Below are positions 45,894 to 59,310 of a DNA stretch of 64,000 nt, one piece after another. The notes under the pieces are model-generated. The model had not been told where the DNA came from, ran no database searches, and was given only the letters and a program-made list of their open reading frames with translations. The first letter of the stretch is position 1. Each line of letters opens with the position of its first letter. Source of the DNA: Entomortierella parvispora E1425. Taxonomy: Eukaryota; Fungi; Mortierellomycota. The DNA is taken from NCBI GenBank assembly GCA_020891255.1, contig BQFW01000005.1, forward strand, positions 186,001 to 250,000. Direction: 5' to 3'. The translations under genes and the position numbers were made by a program.

Positions 45894-48800
45894 CTACCAT
45901 CTCAACTCGCCCGAGATCAGTCTCAAGATAATATACGCCACACTGCCAATGAACCTAAACGCCGACAGGAACGCGACCGACCACAGCACAAAGGCCAAGT
46001 AACCCTGCGACCTGCTGATGTACGCCTCTGATTTGCTGGCTCCGTCGTATGACACCACACTGACCAACAGCGCGTTTGTCGCACACCACAGCACCACCAG
46101 ACGACTCCTGAAGGCCTTGTAGTAATCCTCTTGCTTGGTTTTGGCGTCCCGCTTCTGTTTCACTTCCACAGTCTTGTCCAGCAACGAATCCAGGGCCAGT
46201 TGGTAGTTTTCGTTGATGTCCTTCTCTTCTGTTGGTACTGCCACCGTCACTTCTGCTGTCTTGGCATCCGACGTCGACTTTACTGCGCCCAAGTCCATCT
46301 TTTCGATTGTGTCTCCCTTGGTTCCCCAACTAACATCGTGCGTGTTACAGAACGCGTACACATTCAATACGTTCACATAACTAGAGAAATAAAAAAAAAA
46401 GTGGAACCACATTAGGAAACTCGCTCATGGAAACGGGTATCAATTGAACTCCTGTGGTCGCAATAGTGATCATTACCTTGGCATCATGCAAAGATACTGG
46501 ACAAAGCTGGTGACCATATGCCAGGGGTCGAGGTAGATGATGGATCCGAAGAGATAAAGTCCATAAGTCGAAGCCAACGAAAGAATAACGTTCCTGAAGG
46601 TCGAGTCTTCCAAGATGGCCGATAAACTTGTTGCTCCATTGTCAATTGCATGTTGGATTCCGAGCTTGGTCATCCAGATTGCCGCAAAAGTCATGTAGAT
46701 CATCAAGAAGGCAAAGAAGATCATGGCACCCGTATACATGATTCGAGATCTAATTGGTTATCAGAGTCAGAGAATAAGAAACCTCACTTTTGATCCGCCG
46801 ACATGAACTCCCCAGGCACTGCTCAAGGTCGCTGACTTACCCTGTAGGTCGGTTACCTAAACTGAGTACAAACATGCAAATGACGAGGAACTGGTACAGG
46901 TACTGCAGGATAACGAACAACACCTTGGCGACATCGTTGTTTCCGAACGGACTGGTCTCAGGGTCCGTCAATGCATTGGCGAGAATATAAAAGGTGAGGT
47001 AAATGTTGGCCTATGATAAAATATGAACCGAAGGATTGTCAGTATTTTTCATCTCCAAAGAGTTTTCCAAAAAAAAAAAAAAAAAAAAAAAAAAAAGACC
47101 CGGCTCTTCTACTTACAATAGCAAACCAACTGAACAAGAGACTCAGCACATTGTAAACGAGCTGCAGATGGAAGAGCACCTTTCTCCACATTGCATGGTC
47201 ACTCTTGTAGATCTTGCCGAAATGGAAAACTGAGAAGAGCGCCACAAAGAACGTTCCGTTCAACCATCGACGACGTTGACTGATCAATTCCGGTACCGTA
47301 TCTGGAACATCTGTCTCTGCCCATGCAGCCTTGACATAGCGTAGCGTCCATGCATAGTTGCGCTTGGCCACCAGTTCGAAACACAGAATACGATCTTCAG
47401 CAAGGTACATGTTGGCGTCAAAGATTCCAGAGTCTGCTGATGGTTTCTCTCCTTTGAAGTAACTGATAAGAGGTCCCTCATTAGGTGTCTCTGGCGCTGT
47501 CAATAGAGCGCGGTACCTGTAGGCCGAGAAGGCTCCTGGAAGTACCGAAATATATCCAATGACTGACTCCAATGGCTTGTCCAGAATATTGTTCTGTATG
47601 TTTTGCAGTAAAAAGAATCCTTGGCATTAGACCTAGTGAAAATAATACGACAGCCCTCCCTTGCTAACCGAACATTGACACCAAAGACCCAAAGAAAAAG
47701 GAAAATAAAAATAGCCCAAACGCATTTCGTTACCATCTTGTACTCAAAGTTCTGTGCCGCCACCAACGGATTCAGCAAATTCTTGGCAGCAGCTCCCTTG
47801 ACGGGCTTGATTTCACCACACGCTCCAGCTACATTCGAGTTCAGGTCAAAGACCTTCCAGAGCTGATAGATGGAGGTGGGTCCTGGTCTCGTTCCCACAT
47901 CCAGCAAGACACAGACACGCGGGTTGATGACGGGTCCGAAAGCGTTGAAGAACCAGCGATGCGAATTCAACTTCTTTGCGTTTTGCTCCTTTAGACAGAA
48001 CATGATCTGGACTGGAGCATAGTCGCTCGACTTTGACTCGACAATCTTCATTTGAGGGTCGATCGTCACCTGTGTCGTGTACTATTAAAAGAAGAGGTGA
48101 GTGACCAGAACAAAAAGAGGAAGGGTGATGTCAGTGACCTGATGGCTTTGCTCCCCATGCGACTCCTGGATGCACCTTTGTTCTCTTTTTCCCTTTTTTT
48201 TTTCTCTTTTCATTCTCTTGGAGTGATTTCAGGGGTGTAGGGGGAAGGAACTGAATGGGCAGACGGACAATACCTCATAGATGTGGGCCTGCACTGGCTT
48301 ATCATTGACTTCGCGCTTGGCGATACCTTCCTGATAGACACCCATGGCCGCCAGGTAGTTGTAGACCTTTTCGTTACACTTTTTGCGTCCGTCGGCCACG
48401 ATGCAGACCACGACCTTTTCCCAGGATCCTTCGCCCCACGTCTTTGAGTTTGTCCTGGAGACCAGATGCCTGATATTCTTGATGATGGCATGCATTGTCT
48501 CTGCAAACAAGATCTCGTCCTCGTTGTACATGGTCACGACAATAAACAGCTCCGTTTCTCGGTTCCACATGGCCGGTCGTAGTGTGTAGTTTTCGTTCTT
48601 GAAATCGTCCGGGTCGCAGGTGACGGCGGTGTATCTCATAAACTCCCACTCTTCGCCATCCTGTTGCTTTTGGTGCTGGAGGTAGTGTGTGGGGACAGGG
48701 GACATCAGCACCAGGTTGCCATCCGTGAGTTGAACGTTCTTCTTGGTCTTGTAACGGCGTTCCTGGCGTTCGGGGACCTCGCCGACGTGGCGCGGGGCCA

Positions 48801-48921
48801 AGAACGGGGTGTCTGATGATGCTTGGTATCTGTGCTGCTGGTAGGCCGAGGCGCGGCCCAGAGTGGGCGTTGTCTCTGGTCCAGGGTAGTTGAAGTCCTG
48901 GAGTTGTACGTAGTGGGCCAT
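45894..48921 (-). CDS. CHS: Chitin synthase, division 1 (class I/II-like), multi-exon
   Basis: [106 protein letters not shown]. Confidence 0.97.
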
Positions 48922-49106
48922 GTCGGAAAGAAGGGCCTATTTCTCCTGAGGTATATGTGCAAGGGTATGAACAGCGGAGGGAGTTTGATCCTTTTGGGTG
49001 ATTGCTTAAATGTCTTGGTCACGTCAATGACGCGCGGATGAGTCTCGACGGGTAGTTGGTGGGGATTAGAATGAATGAATGAATGAACGAATGGACAGAT
49101 GAGAAG

Positions 49107-49151
49107 GAAGAAGAAGAAGAAGAAGAAGAAGAAGAAGAAGAAGAAGAAGAA
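49107..49151. repeat. (GAA)15 microsatellite in the chitin synthase 5' region
   Basis: Seen directly. Confidence 0.9.
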
Positions 49152-49943
49152 AAGAAAAGAGAAAAGGTGGAGTGGTGTGGTGTTTGTTTCCAGGGGGAGA
49201 GGAATGAGAGAAAAAAAAAAAAGGTTCCCGGTTGGGATGGAGTGGGTTCTTTTCTTTTCTTTTTTTTTTTCTCTTTTTTTCTCTTTTCTCTTTTTTTTAT
49301 AGAAACGGCTATGTATGTAAGCCTCCTGCCACAGCACACGGACCCTGCTCGCTCGACTTTCTACTTTCTTGACAGGGCGACAAGTCGCTTCGCTTCCTTC
49401 TTTCACGAAGGAGCGCAAAGAAAAGGGTTCCTTCAGCTGGCGTCATCTTCTGTCCCAGGCAGCACCGTGCCAAGACAAGGGAAGCAAAAAGAGTCCGAGA
49501 GACAGCTCCAGCCAGCCTAGCCTTGCCCTCTGTCCTCTTCAAGACCCAAAGCACCGATTGATCCAGGCGGGAGAAAGATGAGGGGAGAATCCTCCTCCCA
49601 AGAGCGGACTTTTTTCAATTTTTTTTTTATACCGCGAACTTTGTTGTGATCCTGCACAGCCCACGTCTGCCCTTTTGGACCTCTATTTCTGGAGCACCGC
49701 CCTGTTTGTCATGTGCAATGAAGTCACCTTCGCCATGGCAATGCTTATATCCTACACGTCGTGTGCATGTGTTTTTTATTAACGAGTATTAACGACCACT
49801 AGTTCGGATAGGCTGGGCATTCATGGCAAATTCGAGAGCTACATAGTCGGTAGAACCACGGAGCAGGGACAGACAAAAAGAAGCGGTGGAGATCCTTGCG
49901 ATTTAGTGGCAAGATCTACGCAAACATCTCCAGAGCCATGATC

Positions 49944-51879
49944 TTAGGGTGCTGTAGTTGATTCCGTACCTTCCTCCACGGTTGTGCGACGGGTATTTGT
50001 GGTCGCTGGCTCTTCCACAGACGTAGTGTTGTAAGGTCTGCTAGGCAGTGGGGGTGTGCGGGCACCATCCAGGGGTGGGGTAACACGGTTGCGGGCTATA
50101 GAAAGGATGCAAAAGAAAAGGATTGGATTAGCCACACGCCTCTATAGAGATGTCAGGACAGGCAAATTTTAAAAGAAAAAAGGTATCCTTACCAAGGGGC
50201 TCATCGTCATCCAAGTTGGATCCGAATCGAATGGGTTCACGGTTACGGTCAACGTTGTTGGACTCCCACTGTTCGTTGTTGGGGTGGGATCTAACATAGA
50301 AATGAATAGAAATACCATGTTAATAGACTTGTCCAAAAAAAAGGCCTCTTTTCCTGTGTCCAACAGCGCCTCGGTATCTCTTCTCACCTGTATCCATCAT
50401 CGTAATGAGCCTGGTTGTTCATGTTGTTCTGTCTTTGAGCGGCAGACTCAGCTCTGGAAGCCTTGAACTGGTTGTACCATTCCGTCACCTTTTTCTTGGT
50501 GGCTGATCAAGTATGAAAAGGAAGAAAAAAAAAAGGTCGGTCCTTTGTTCTCCCAGTACGGCGCGTGCATTCCAAATCCACATCTAACCCGCACTTACTG
50601 TCTGCGGCAACGTTGAATCGCTCCTTGATCTTGGGCAATTCCTCTACACAACAGAATGACAAGAAAGGTGCAATTGGTTAATATTGAGTGACCTGTTGAC
50701 GCGAGTTTCTCATCCAGTGTCGTGTCTTTTCAGCTTCATTTACCATCCATGAGCTCCTTGAACTCTGTCGCGAAGGAGGGACCCTCGTCCTGTGGTTGTT
50801 GCTGCTGCTGTCCACGGATATTCTGTCTATCCCGAGCTAAGATAAGGATCCAAAAGTGAGGCCAAAGAAGAAAAAAAAAAAAAAGAGTTAAGAACAGGGT
50901 CCTGAGAATGACGATGTGAAAAAGTTATGACGCAAGATCCCAGAAAAAAAACGCTCTTCCTAGCACCATGCTGAGAACCAAAAAAAAAGGTCCAGAAAAT
51001 GAGAACCCATTGTCATTCATATATCCCATGATTACCTCTGTATTCGTCCATGGCGGCCAAAGTGCGCGCAAAGTCTTCGTCTGCTCGCAACTGCTGCTCC
51101 GGGGTCGAGGTTGAAGCCAACAGAATGGGCTATTCGGAAGAACATTTTCAAATGAAAGCGTCACGCGTTAGAGTTTAGGCAGATAACAAAAATCGTTTGA
51201 GGACAAACTGGCCCTGGGAAAACGCAAATGGCAAACGTACATCAATCTCATGAGGTTGTCCTCCCAGGTTCATGTTTGCGACACCTTGTGACAATCCGTC
51301 CGACCCCTGACGACGTGGCAATGCTGGGGCACCTCCTTGGTTCAACCGCGCGGCTGCGGGTGCTGTTGCAGGGACAGGCGTGGGTGCAGGTGGAGGAGGA
51401 ACAGCAGGACTCTCGGCTTGGAATTCAGGGTCCGAGATTTCCAACAATGCATTGATGCTGGCCTCGACATTCCCGCGATGACTCTCAAGCACAAACTCGC
51501 AGACCTCCTTCTCGACTGTGGGAAAGGCTTCAGTCAAAATAGCCAGCTTGGCTTCTCTCTCAGACTGTCCTGCTGGAACAGGGGCGGCGGTAGGTGCAGG
51601 CGCGGTTGCAGTTGCAGTTGTGGTGGGGGCAACGGTGGTGGCGACAGGGGCGGCAGCCGTTGTAGGGACAGCAGGGTGAACCTCCAGGTCGTCCTCATCC
51701 TCGTCGTCGTCAAAGATGTTGTTGGTTTCTTGGGGTGACTTTGGCTTGGCGGTTGTCGTGGTCGTAGTGGTCGTAGTGGTAGCCTCCGTGGTGGTTTCAA
51801 CGGGCTCGTCCTCCAAAGCTGTCAAGTCGGAGACCGTGGGGTCTGCCTCTGGAGTCTTGTCCTTATCTGCGGATGACAT
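49944..51879 (-). CDS. CUE-domain ubiquitin-binding protein (Cue5-like), ~7 exons
   Basis: LAILTEAFPTVEKEVCEFVLESHRGNVEASINALLEISDP CUE domain; QLRADEDFARTLA; ELPKIKERF..TKKKVTEWY. Confidence 0.85.
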
Positions 51880-52076
51880 AGTCGTAAGTTCTGTTATGGG
51901 TGAAGGAAGGGAGGGTGGAGGGTATCGGGATGGAAAGATGGCGGGAAAAAGAAGGATTCTTTTCATTTTTTTATCGCGACAGGCAAAGCGCAAAAAAAAG
52001 AGCAGTCCTTCTTCCTTGGCAATGATGTCTGGGCTTTTTTTTCCGTTTATTTCTTTATCCAGGCCCCATGATTCAA

Positions 52077-53994
52077 TTACATAACACGACGAGCACCGGG
52101 GCGGGCGGGCTTGCTGAAGCCGCGTGGACTGTTGGTGCCTGTGCTGCTGCCGAACGCTGACTGGGTGGCTGGGTGCAACTCCTCCAAGATGAACGACTCT
52201 GTCAAGTCTGACACGTCCGTCGTTTCCAGCTTCTTGTCCACCTTCAATCCCGCGTCGTTCTTGGCTGCCTCCAACACTCCAGCGCGGCAGGAAGAGTACA
52301 ACATGCGCTCGCGGATCTTGGATTTGCTTGGGCAGGTGTACATAAAGACTATAGATTCAAAATGGGAGAGAAGGTATTTAGCCAGGGTTAGAAAAACAGC
52401 GGGTAGAGTGCTCCAACTCGTCATCACCCTGCAATATTGGCTTACCAAGAGAGTCATGGGAGGTGCCCTTGTGCGTGTGTTCATAGGCGAAAAAGGTGAA
52501 GCGAGGAGACTCCTCGGAAATCTTTTTGTGAACCTGAGAGGCGTCAATCTTGGCCTCCTCCGCGAGCTCGATCTGCTCATTTTCGGCATCAATCAAAAGG
52601 TTGACAAAGTTGACAGTTCTCTCGCGCTTGACAGGGCCCTCGGGCTCTTCCTCCACTGGGGTAACCTCTTCGACCTCGGTCTCCTCAACAGTCTCCTCGA
52701 CCTTGACTTCCTCTTCTTCCTTGGGCACAGCAACCTTCTTGACCTCGACAGTCTCGTCATCATCCCACTCATCCTCCTCGACGTTGGCTTCCGTGGTACG
52801 CTTCTTGGGCTCTTCTTCATCCGTGTCAGTCTTTCCAGCAGAGATCACAGGGGAGGCGGGAAGAGGGGTTGAAGCAGGACTCGTAAACTTCTTAGGAAGA
52901 GCGGAGGCAACAGCGACGACCCTGGGATTGGCAGCAGCAACAGAGGTGACCTCGGCTTGCAACTTCTTGAGCGCTGCCACAGCCTTCTCTGTCAGGGGGA
53001 AGCTCATACCGGGCGCATGCGACTTTCTGTGGGCACCTCCCTTCATGTTCTCAATCATGATCTTTTCATTCGCAGCAATCTCGGCCAATTGACGCTCACG
53101 CTCCGTCAATGGCTTGGGGGCCGACAAACTTGCTCTGTGCTTCTTGTATCCATCCAGAGTAAACTCGTTCTAAATTTAAGATAGTCCGGGTGAAAGTCAA
53201 TAAAAGAGTCCATTGATCCATCGATATCCTCTTGTACTTTCTGTCTGCGATCATCGTCAACATCGACTCCGGGGGGAGAGAGAATCCTTTCCGTACCATA
53301 TGAGTTCCGTAGATCGAATCCTTGATGTAAGAATCGCCCAAGTCCCTTGTCAAACTGGCACGTGTAGCAGCGTAGATCATCTTTTGACGGATGGGTGCCA
53401 CATCCGGGACATAGCACAGGAAAAGCCAGTCGGAGGCAGACTTGCTGCTATCCAGACGAACCAAAAAGTAGGCGGGTTGCTTCTCGGTCATGTTGGTATG
53501 CACAGTTCCAAAGTCTAGAAGACAAGCAAGAGTTTCAGATCCAAAGCCCTCTATCGATAGTGCTTGATGTAGATCAAAGAAGAGAATCTACCTTCTTCAA
53601 AGTCGCCCTTGATGTCAAAGGTGCCATCCTCCTCCAGAGACTCGTTGATGATCGACACTTTGACGATACGGACGCGGCTGTCCGCGGCTGTGGCCTGTCT
53701 CCAAGCGGCCGCGAGCTTGGGCGAGACTAGATTATTTGCGGGTAAAAAAGAAAAGTTGAGTAGGGGTTCGATACGACATTGGTCACCGCAGTAAAGGGAC
53801 CCAAAAGCAAAGGCGCATTTGTACCTTTGATTCCAGTCTGGTTCGACACTGATGAAGGAATTGTGGAAGGAGAATGAATTGAGCAAGGGTAGGGTTTGTG
53901 GTCTAGTTAGTGGCGCATTCTTCTTCCATTGGCTGGTCTGGTCCTTAGCACTGTTTCATTCTAAACGTGTCTGGTATCCTCGGCGCCATTTACT
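52077..53994 (-). CDS. TWF1: Twinfilin (two ADF-H domains + capping-protein-binding tail), multi-exon, ATG split by the first intron
   Basis: MSNQTGIK|V start; QPAYFLVRLD, YVPDVAPIRQKMIYAATRASL, SFPL, NFVNLLID..E.I.L, PRFTFF, YTCPSKSKIRERMLYSS, FSKPARPG tail. Confidence 0.95.
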
Positions 53995-54279
53995 TTATAA
54001 GGGGTGGTTGTCAGGAAAGGGGGCGATGGGAGATTGAATGAATGAATGAAAAGGAGAAGTAGCAAGAAGAAGAAGAAGAAGAAGAAGAGACATGAGCAAA
54101 GCCCTTGGGTCATCTCTTCAGGGCATGCGTGACTTCAGGAACAGCCAGAAAAACGTCACACGGACACTGGACTGGACGTGATCAAATTGGTGGCGCGCCA
54201 CTGTCCCGTTGTCGATTCTCTGTTGTTGCAGCTGTGGGGCAATCATTGACAACTATTTTCTATTTTCGACAGCAGCTTG

Positions 54280-56240
54280 AGGACCAGGTCGAACTCAAGA
54301 TCCCGCCGTTACTGGAGACCTTTCTTCGAGACGCTTTGTCAATATGTTGACGCACAGGAGGTCGTCAACGAGCCGTCCATCGAAATCATCATACTAGACG
54401 AGCACATTCAGACCATCACCAGAACAAAAAGGCTACTAGATCGAAATCAGTCAACAGACAGGCATACAAAGTATCCCGGCTCCTCTTCCTGTTCTTAACA
54501 ACTACTATCTAGTCAATGTAGATTTCAATACTCTTTTTGTCGGCCGTTATTTTTGCCTCATTGGAGAGATCCCGGGCTTATAACTTGGGAATGGGGATGC
54601 CATTCGAGCAACGACCAAAGGAGAGACTCGTCAAGATGTTGGGATCCGGGAAGGAGATTGTGGCTCGAGTATCACCCCTCAATACCCGTAGAGTTCATTC
54701 AATCCAGTCGCCATGTCTGCTGTATAACCAAAATGTCAAATCTCGCTGCAGAAAATCGCTGGCCACCTATGCCATCTTCTTCAGGCGTGCCAAGTCAAGT
54801 CGACAATAAGTGGGAGTCCACTCTCTGCAATCCAATACTTCCGACAAGAATGTTATCAGCTACTGCCGTCAGCAACCATTCACCAACAGTTACGGGATTG
54901 TCTGAGGCCAGAAGATGTATTCTTCGATTCGACTACAAGCAAGTCCGCACGTTTTATTCAAGTCAGCCGATTTCGCCAAGCACAAGGTTGAAAGTGCAAA
55001 CATCATTTCTATCTGAGCCGCAGATCACTCGTTGTTGAGAGTTGGCCCTCGCCTTCAACACCACGTTTTCAAGAGGTGGCGCCAATCAACATGGACACGC
55101 GCGTTCTTGGTCCCCGTCAAGATGGCTTGCGATCTTGTCGTACTGACCACACCAGTTATCCCCATGAATCGGCGATTGATCCTGAAGCCTGTGGTGCAAC
55201 TTGAAGAGGCTGGCCCGAAGGATTCCACGACCTGTTCCATACAAGCCAAATGTGTTGACCAAAGCACTTGAAACGAATGTGCATTCGCTTCCACGACGTC
55301 CAAGTCAACGCATTCCCATCCCGACGTGCGATGGTCGCTTCTTTTCTTGAGAAAAAAGCAAGCCAGGGTCCCTAAAGCAAAGGGACTCTATCGTCCAGGT
55401 GGCATCGGAAAAAGCCGATACGTTTAAAAGCGTGCGCACCTGTAGTCCACTGCCATGCGCGTCGTCTCCACAATCTCGAATGGTGGCTATGAAAATGACC
55501 GCGACTCTGATCCGGAAACACCTCTGATCGTCAATAGACGGGTATTCACCAGGAGCACGACAGGACACCAAAGTGCGACTTTGACGCGAAACCTTTACCC
55601 TCTCCGACCATCCACATGTCTCTGAATCCCATTGCCGAGTTTCGAGATGAGAAGAGGGCTCGACCTGCAAGGGCATCCCCGATTTTCCACTGGGTCGAGT
55701 CTGTTGAGTGTTGTTCTACAAACAGAACAAAGAACAAATCAAATCCGTTTTGCATTGTTGGTCCACCGGATGGTTCAGACTCCAACTTATGGAATGAAGT
55801 CATTGACCTCATTTCCTCCAAATGTGTACAGGTATCAATCTGTGTCTCAACACCCAAAATATCAAAAGATGCCCAAAGGAACTTGTAACCGGCGTTCAAA
55901 AAATCGCGACGATGTGGATCGGAAGCCTTGGAAGACCTCGGGAACCCCCCGCCTCCATCTTGCAGTTCTACAATCGTCTGGAATCGAGCTTGAGATGTGG
56001 CAGACTCATTCCAATGGCCGAGATTATCGCCTCAAGGGTCCTCATTCTCGAAAAAAAGGGCATGATGGGCGCTGCTCGCCGGTGACCTTCAGTGGAGGAA
56101 TATCTGCTACAGGCTCCAGTTCCACATCTGAGCCTCTTCATTTTCTTACCGAGGAAAGCCTTCATGGGACGAAGGATAGTACACAAGTAGGACGACATTC
56201 GCATTGTAATTCCTCTCACGGACTACAAGGTCATATTTGA
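54280..56240 (+). pseudogene. Decayed coding-like accessory tract of unknown family
   Basis: Several overlapping 60-200 aa ORF fragments on both strands with coding-like composition, no intact gene model and no recognisable motif. Confidence 0.25.
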
Positions 56241-56646
56241 CTCATAACCCGTCCATAATGTTTGGAGCCTTGTTTGAGATGCATGTGGTCCATCAAACAT
56301 GCTTTGAGCATGGATTGATATTTGCGAATCGATGTCATGTGGAGTATTGTCATGAAACGATCGACCGCACTCGAGATTTAGTAATAAAGATCGATATATT
56401 GGGAATATCATCATCATGGTTGAGGGCATGTGCGAACCATCGAAACAACCCATGTTGGCCCTTGAGATCGACTTGCCTGCGCTCATCTGGCAAAAAAAAG
56501 ACCTTCTTTCGGTCCTCATGAGCAGCCAATCACCCAAAGTGCCCTCTCGGTCGGTGTTGACTCCCGACTTTCCAAATGTTGGCCAGATACTCTCTTTTTT
56601 TGTTTGTTTTTGTTTATTTTTATTTTTTTTCTCTAGATGGTCAAAC

Positions 56647-59310
56647 TCAACGTCGACCACCAAGTTCTCTAGGAGGCACTGTCGACGCCGTCGTCGTCGT
56701 CGTCGCAGACCTATCCTCCTGTCCAAAGGAGCCCACCAAGCTCCTCTCATCGTCCTCATCCACGCCTTCGTCACAGCTCTGACGCTCATCCGTGAAAAGG
56801 AACTCCTGACTATCGCACGTCTCCTCATCCTCCAAGGCGCTTCCACAGGGGGCGAGCAGATCGTTGCGGGCCTGACATTTGGCCACTTCCGAGACCCAAT
56901 CCGTCTTGACAATCACGCCAATCTCACCTACGCCCACCATCCAGAGCGCCACACAGAGGGACGCCCACAGGCCCTCCAGACCCCAATGGCACCGGAAGGC
57001 CAAAAGGTAGCCGAGCGGGAACGCCACAACGTAGTACGCAATCAGGTTCAGGTACGCGCCCAAATGCTGCAATCCAACGCCGCGCAACACACCTCCTCCC
57101 ACGCCTGCGAGACCATCACCGATCTGGAAAAACGCCACCAAGGGCAAAATCATGGCCACTGTCTTGACCACCTCCACGTCCTCGCTAAAGAGTCGACCCC
57201 ATCGGTCCTTGAGCAACAGCAACATCATCGAGTTGCCGAGTCCAAACAAAATCGCCAGCGCAATTGAGCAGCGACTCGCAATCATGGCCGTCCGAGCATC
57301 GCCCATACCAATCAAGTTGCCCACGCGGTTAGACGCCGCTATCGAGATGCCAAAGGGGATGGTATACAGCAGTCCAGACGTCTGTACTACCACAGACTGA
57401 GCGGCCAAGGACACCGTGCCCAGGTACGAGGCTGCCAACGACACGACTTCAAACGCCCACCATTCCGAGACGACCATGGCAGCGCCTGGGATCGCCAGCT
57501 TCAAGAATTCGCTCCAGCCCGTCAGAGATTTCCTGCTCCAGCCTCCCCAGCCTTGACGACCGTCCACGAATCGGATATAGAGCAACAACAGCAGCAACAT
57601 GCTCCAGTACGAGATGGACGTGGCAATGGGGGCCCCAATGTAGCCCATCCCAATGTACTTGTTCCAGACCAGTGCATAGTTCAAGACAACATTCAACGGA
57701 AACACGATCAAGAGGACATAGGTGCTAGCCTGCATGATCCCCTGTGCCTGCAGGTACTTTTTGACGCACTCAAAAATCAAGAATGCGGGTGCGCCGGGCA
57801 ACAGCCCCTTGAGGAAGATGGCTGCATGTTCTGCCAATGCAGGATCCTGTCCGAGAAGACCCGAAAAGATGTATTCAGACGAGAGCCAGATGCCTGCAAT
57901 CGGGACAAAGAGCAGCATCAGCACCAGGATGGCCCGTTGGAGATGGAGTCCGAGCGTGTGCGGATGGTGGCTCGTGTAGGACTGAGAGCAGAGCGTATCC
58001 AGAGCCGTGGCTGTCCCGAGTGAGACTGACCAACAGGTGACGGCCGCAAACATGGACGCCAGCGACGACGCAGCCAATTCTAGAAGATAGCAAAAGAAAA
58101 AAAAAACCAAAATTAGCGCTGCTGTTCGAAACCAGACAGAGTTGAAAACAATATCCCGCAGTCGAAAAAATAACGCGGAGCCCCGCATTGTCCGTTCAGA
58201 GATATCGATGGATGTGGGTGTATGGGTATAGCGGGAATTGAGATGAGAATATGGACCGTGAGACGATTTGGGGACCTGATTGTTATCTCGATTATTCAAT
58301 TGGAAGCCTGCGGCGCCCACAATTGACCACTAGGCGACCATGCGGGCGTCCGATTCAGGTCGTCAAGCTGAGAGGGCGTACTTCCAGACAAGGATGGACT
58401 AGTTTATCCTTGCTCGGAATAAAAAGAACTCTCCTCTGCCATGCTAGGTGCGGGAAAATATTGCCAAAAAAAAGAAAAAAGTGGATCGAACTCGAGAATC
58501 ATGCAATCCTACTCGTCGTTTGCATGTGCTCTCAACAAAAAACCAAACTGCAATTGAGGCCAAAGCGGGGGGAGAAATACAAGCGCATAGATACAAAGGG
58601 GAAAAAGAAAGAAAAAAAAAATCGATGCCATGATGATAGATGACGAAAAGGTACATTTGATGCACAAGAAACAGGACACAGCAGGAGTAAATGAAGAATG
58701 CAGACTCACCAATGGATCCCAGATGGCCAAGCGAGATCAAACTGGCGAGTTGGAGCGAGTTCTGCAGGACATAGGTGAGTACGACCGGGCCCGAGTACCG
58801 TAGCAGGATCTTGAATTCCTGGACAGCCACTTCTCGGACAGACAGCCGCCCTGGCTGGTGTGCATATTTATCCATTCCAGGAGTCGATGATGTGGGCCCA
58901 AAGAAGTCAGAAGACGAGTTGATGATGGTGGGTGTGGGGCTCTGCTGCAATTGCTCCTCATCCTGACCACGCGTTGCTCCGTAGGATCGGGGCTGTGGCT
59001 GGAGTAGCTGTTGTTGTTGCTGTTGTCCCCTTGGTTGCTCAGAATCAAGCAACGTGTGCAATTTACTGTAATTGTTGTTGTTGCTCCTGTTGTTGTCGTT
59101 CACGGAGGAAGCGGTCGGAGGGGAAGAGTGGTTTGTGCTTTGGTGACCAGTAGCGGTCGAGTCGACTACAGGGGCTCTGGTGATCAGGGGCGATCTTTCC
59201 GAGCGGTATCCGTGTGTCTGTGGTGATGTCTGGTCAGCGTTCGAGGTGCCTTGAGGAAAGACATGGTCAAAGGACTGTTCATTGTACGAGTGTTTTGGGA
59301 AAGACGACAT
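56647..59310 (-). CDS. MATE family efflux transporter (Erc1-like), 2 exons
   Basis: EFKILLRYSGPVVLTY, LGHLG|.ELAASSL, ALDTLCSQ, LGLHLQRA, YLQAQGIM, FLKLAIPG..EWWAFE, NRVGNLIG, FQIGDGL..GGVLRG.G; ~630-nt intron 58709-58082. Confidence 0.96.

Noticed and set aside
6445-48921. Cell-wall gene cluster (GH16, GPI protein, sugar transporter, chitin synthase)
   Set aside because: The genes are scattered over 40 kb among unrelated housekeeping genes; there is no evidence of a cluster.
48705-49520. Lys/Glu/Phe-rich ORFs
   Set aside because: Products of (GAA)n and homopolymer tracts in the chitin synthase 5' region.
52111-52872. 253-aa + strand ORF
   Set aside because: Antisense shadow of twinfilin.
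56416-57267. 283-aa + strand ORF
   Set aside because: Antisense shadow of the MATE gene.
58082-58709. Unusually long MATE intron as an ncRNA host
   Set aside because: No snoRNA boxes or stable structure recognised by eye.
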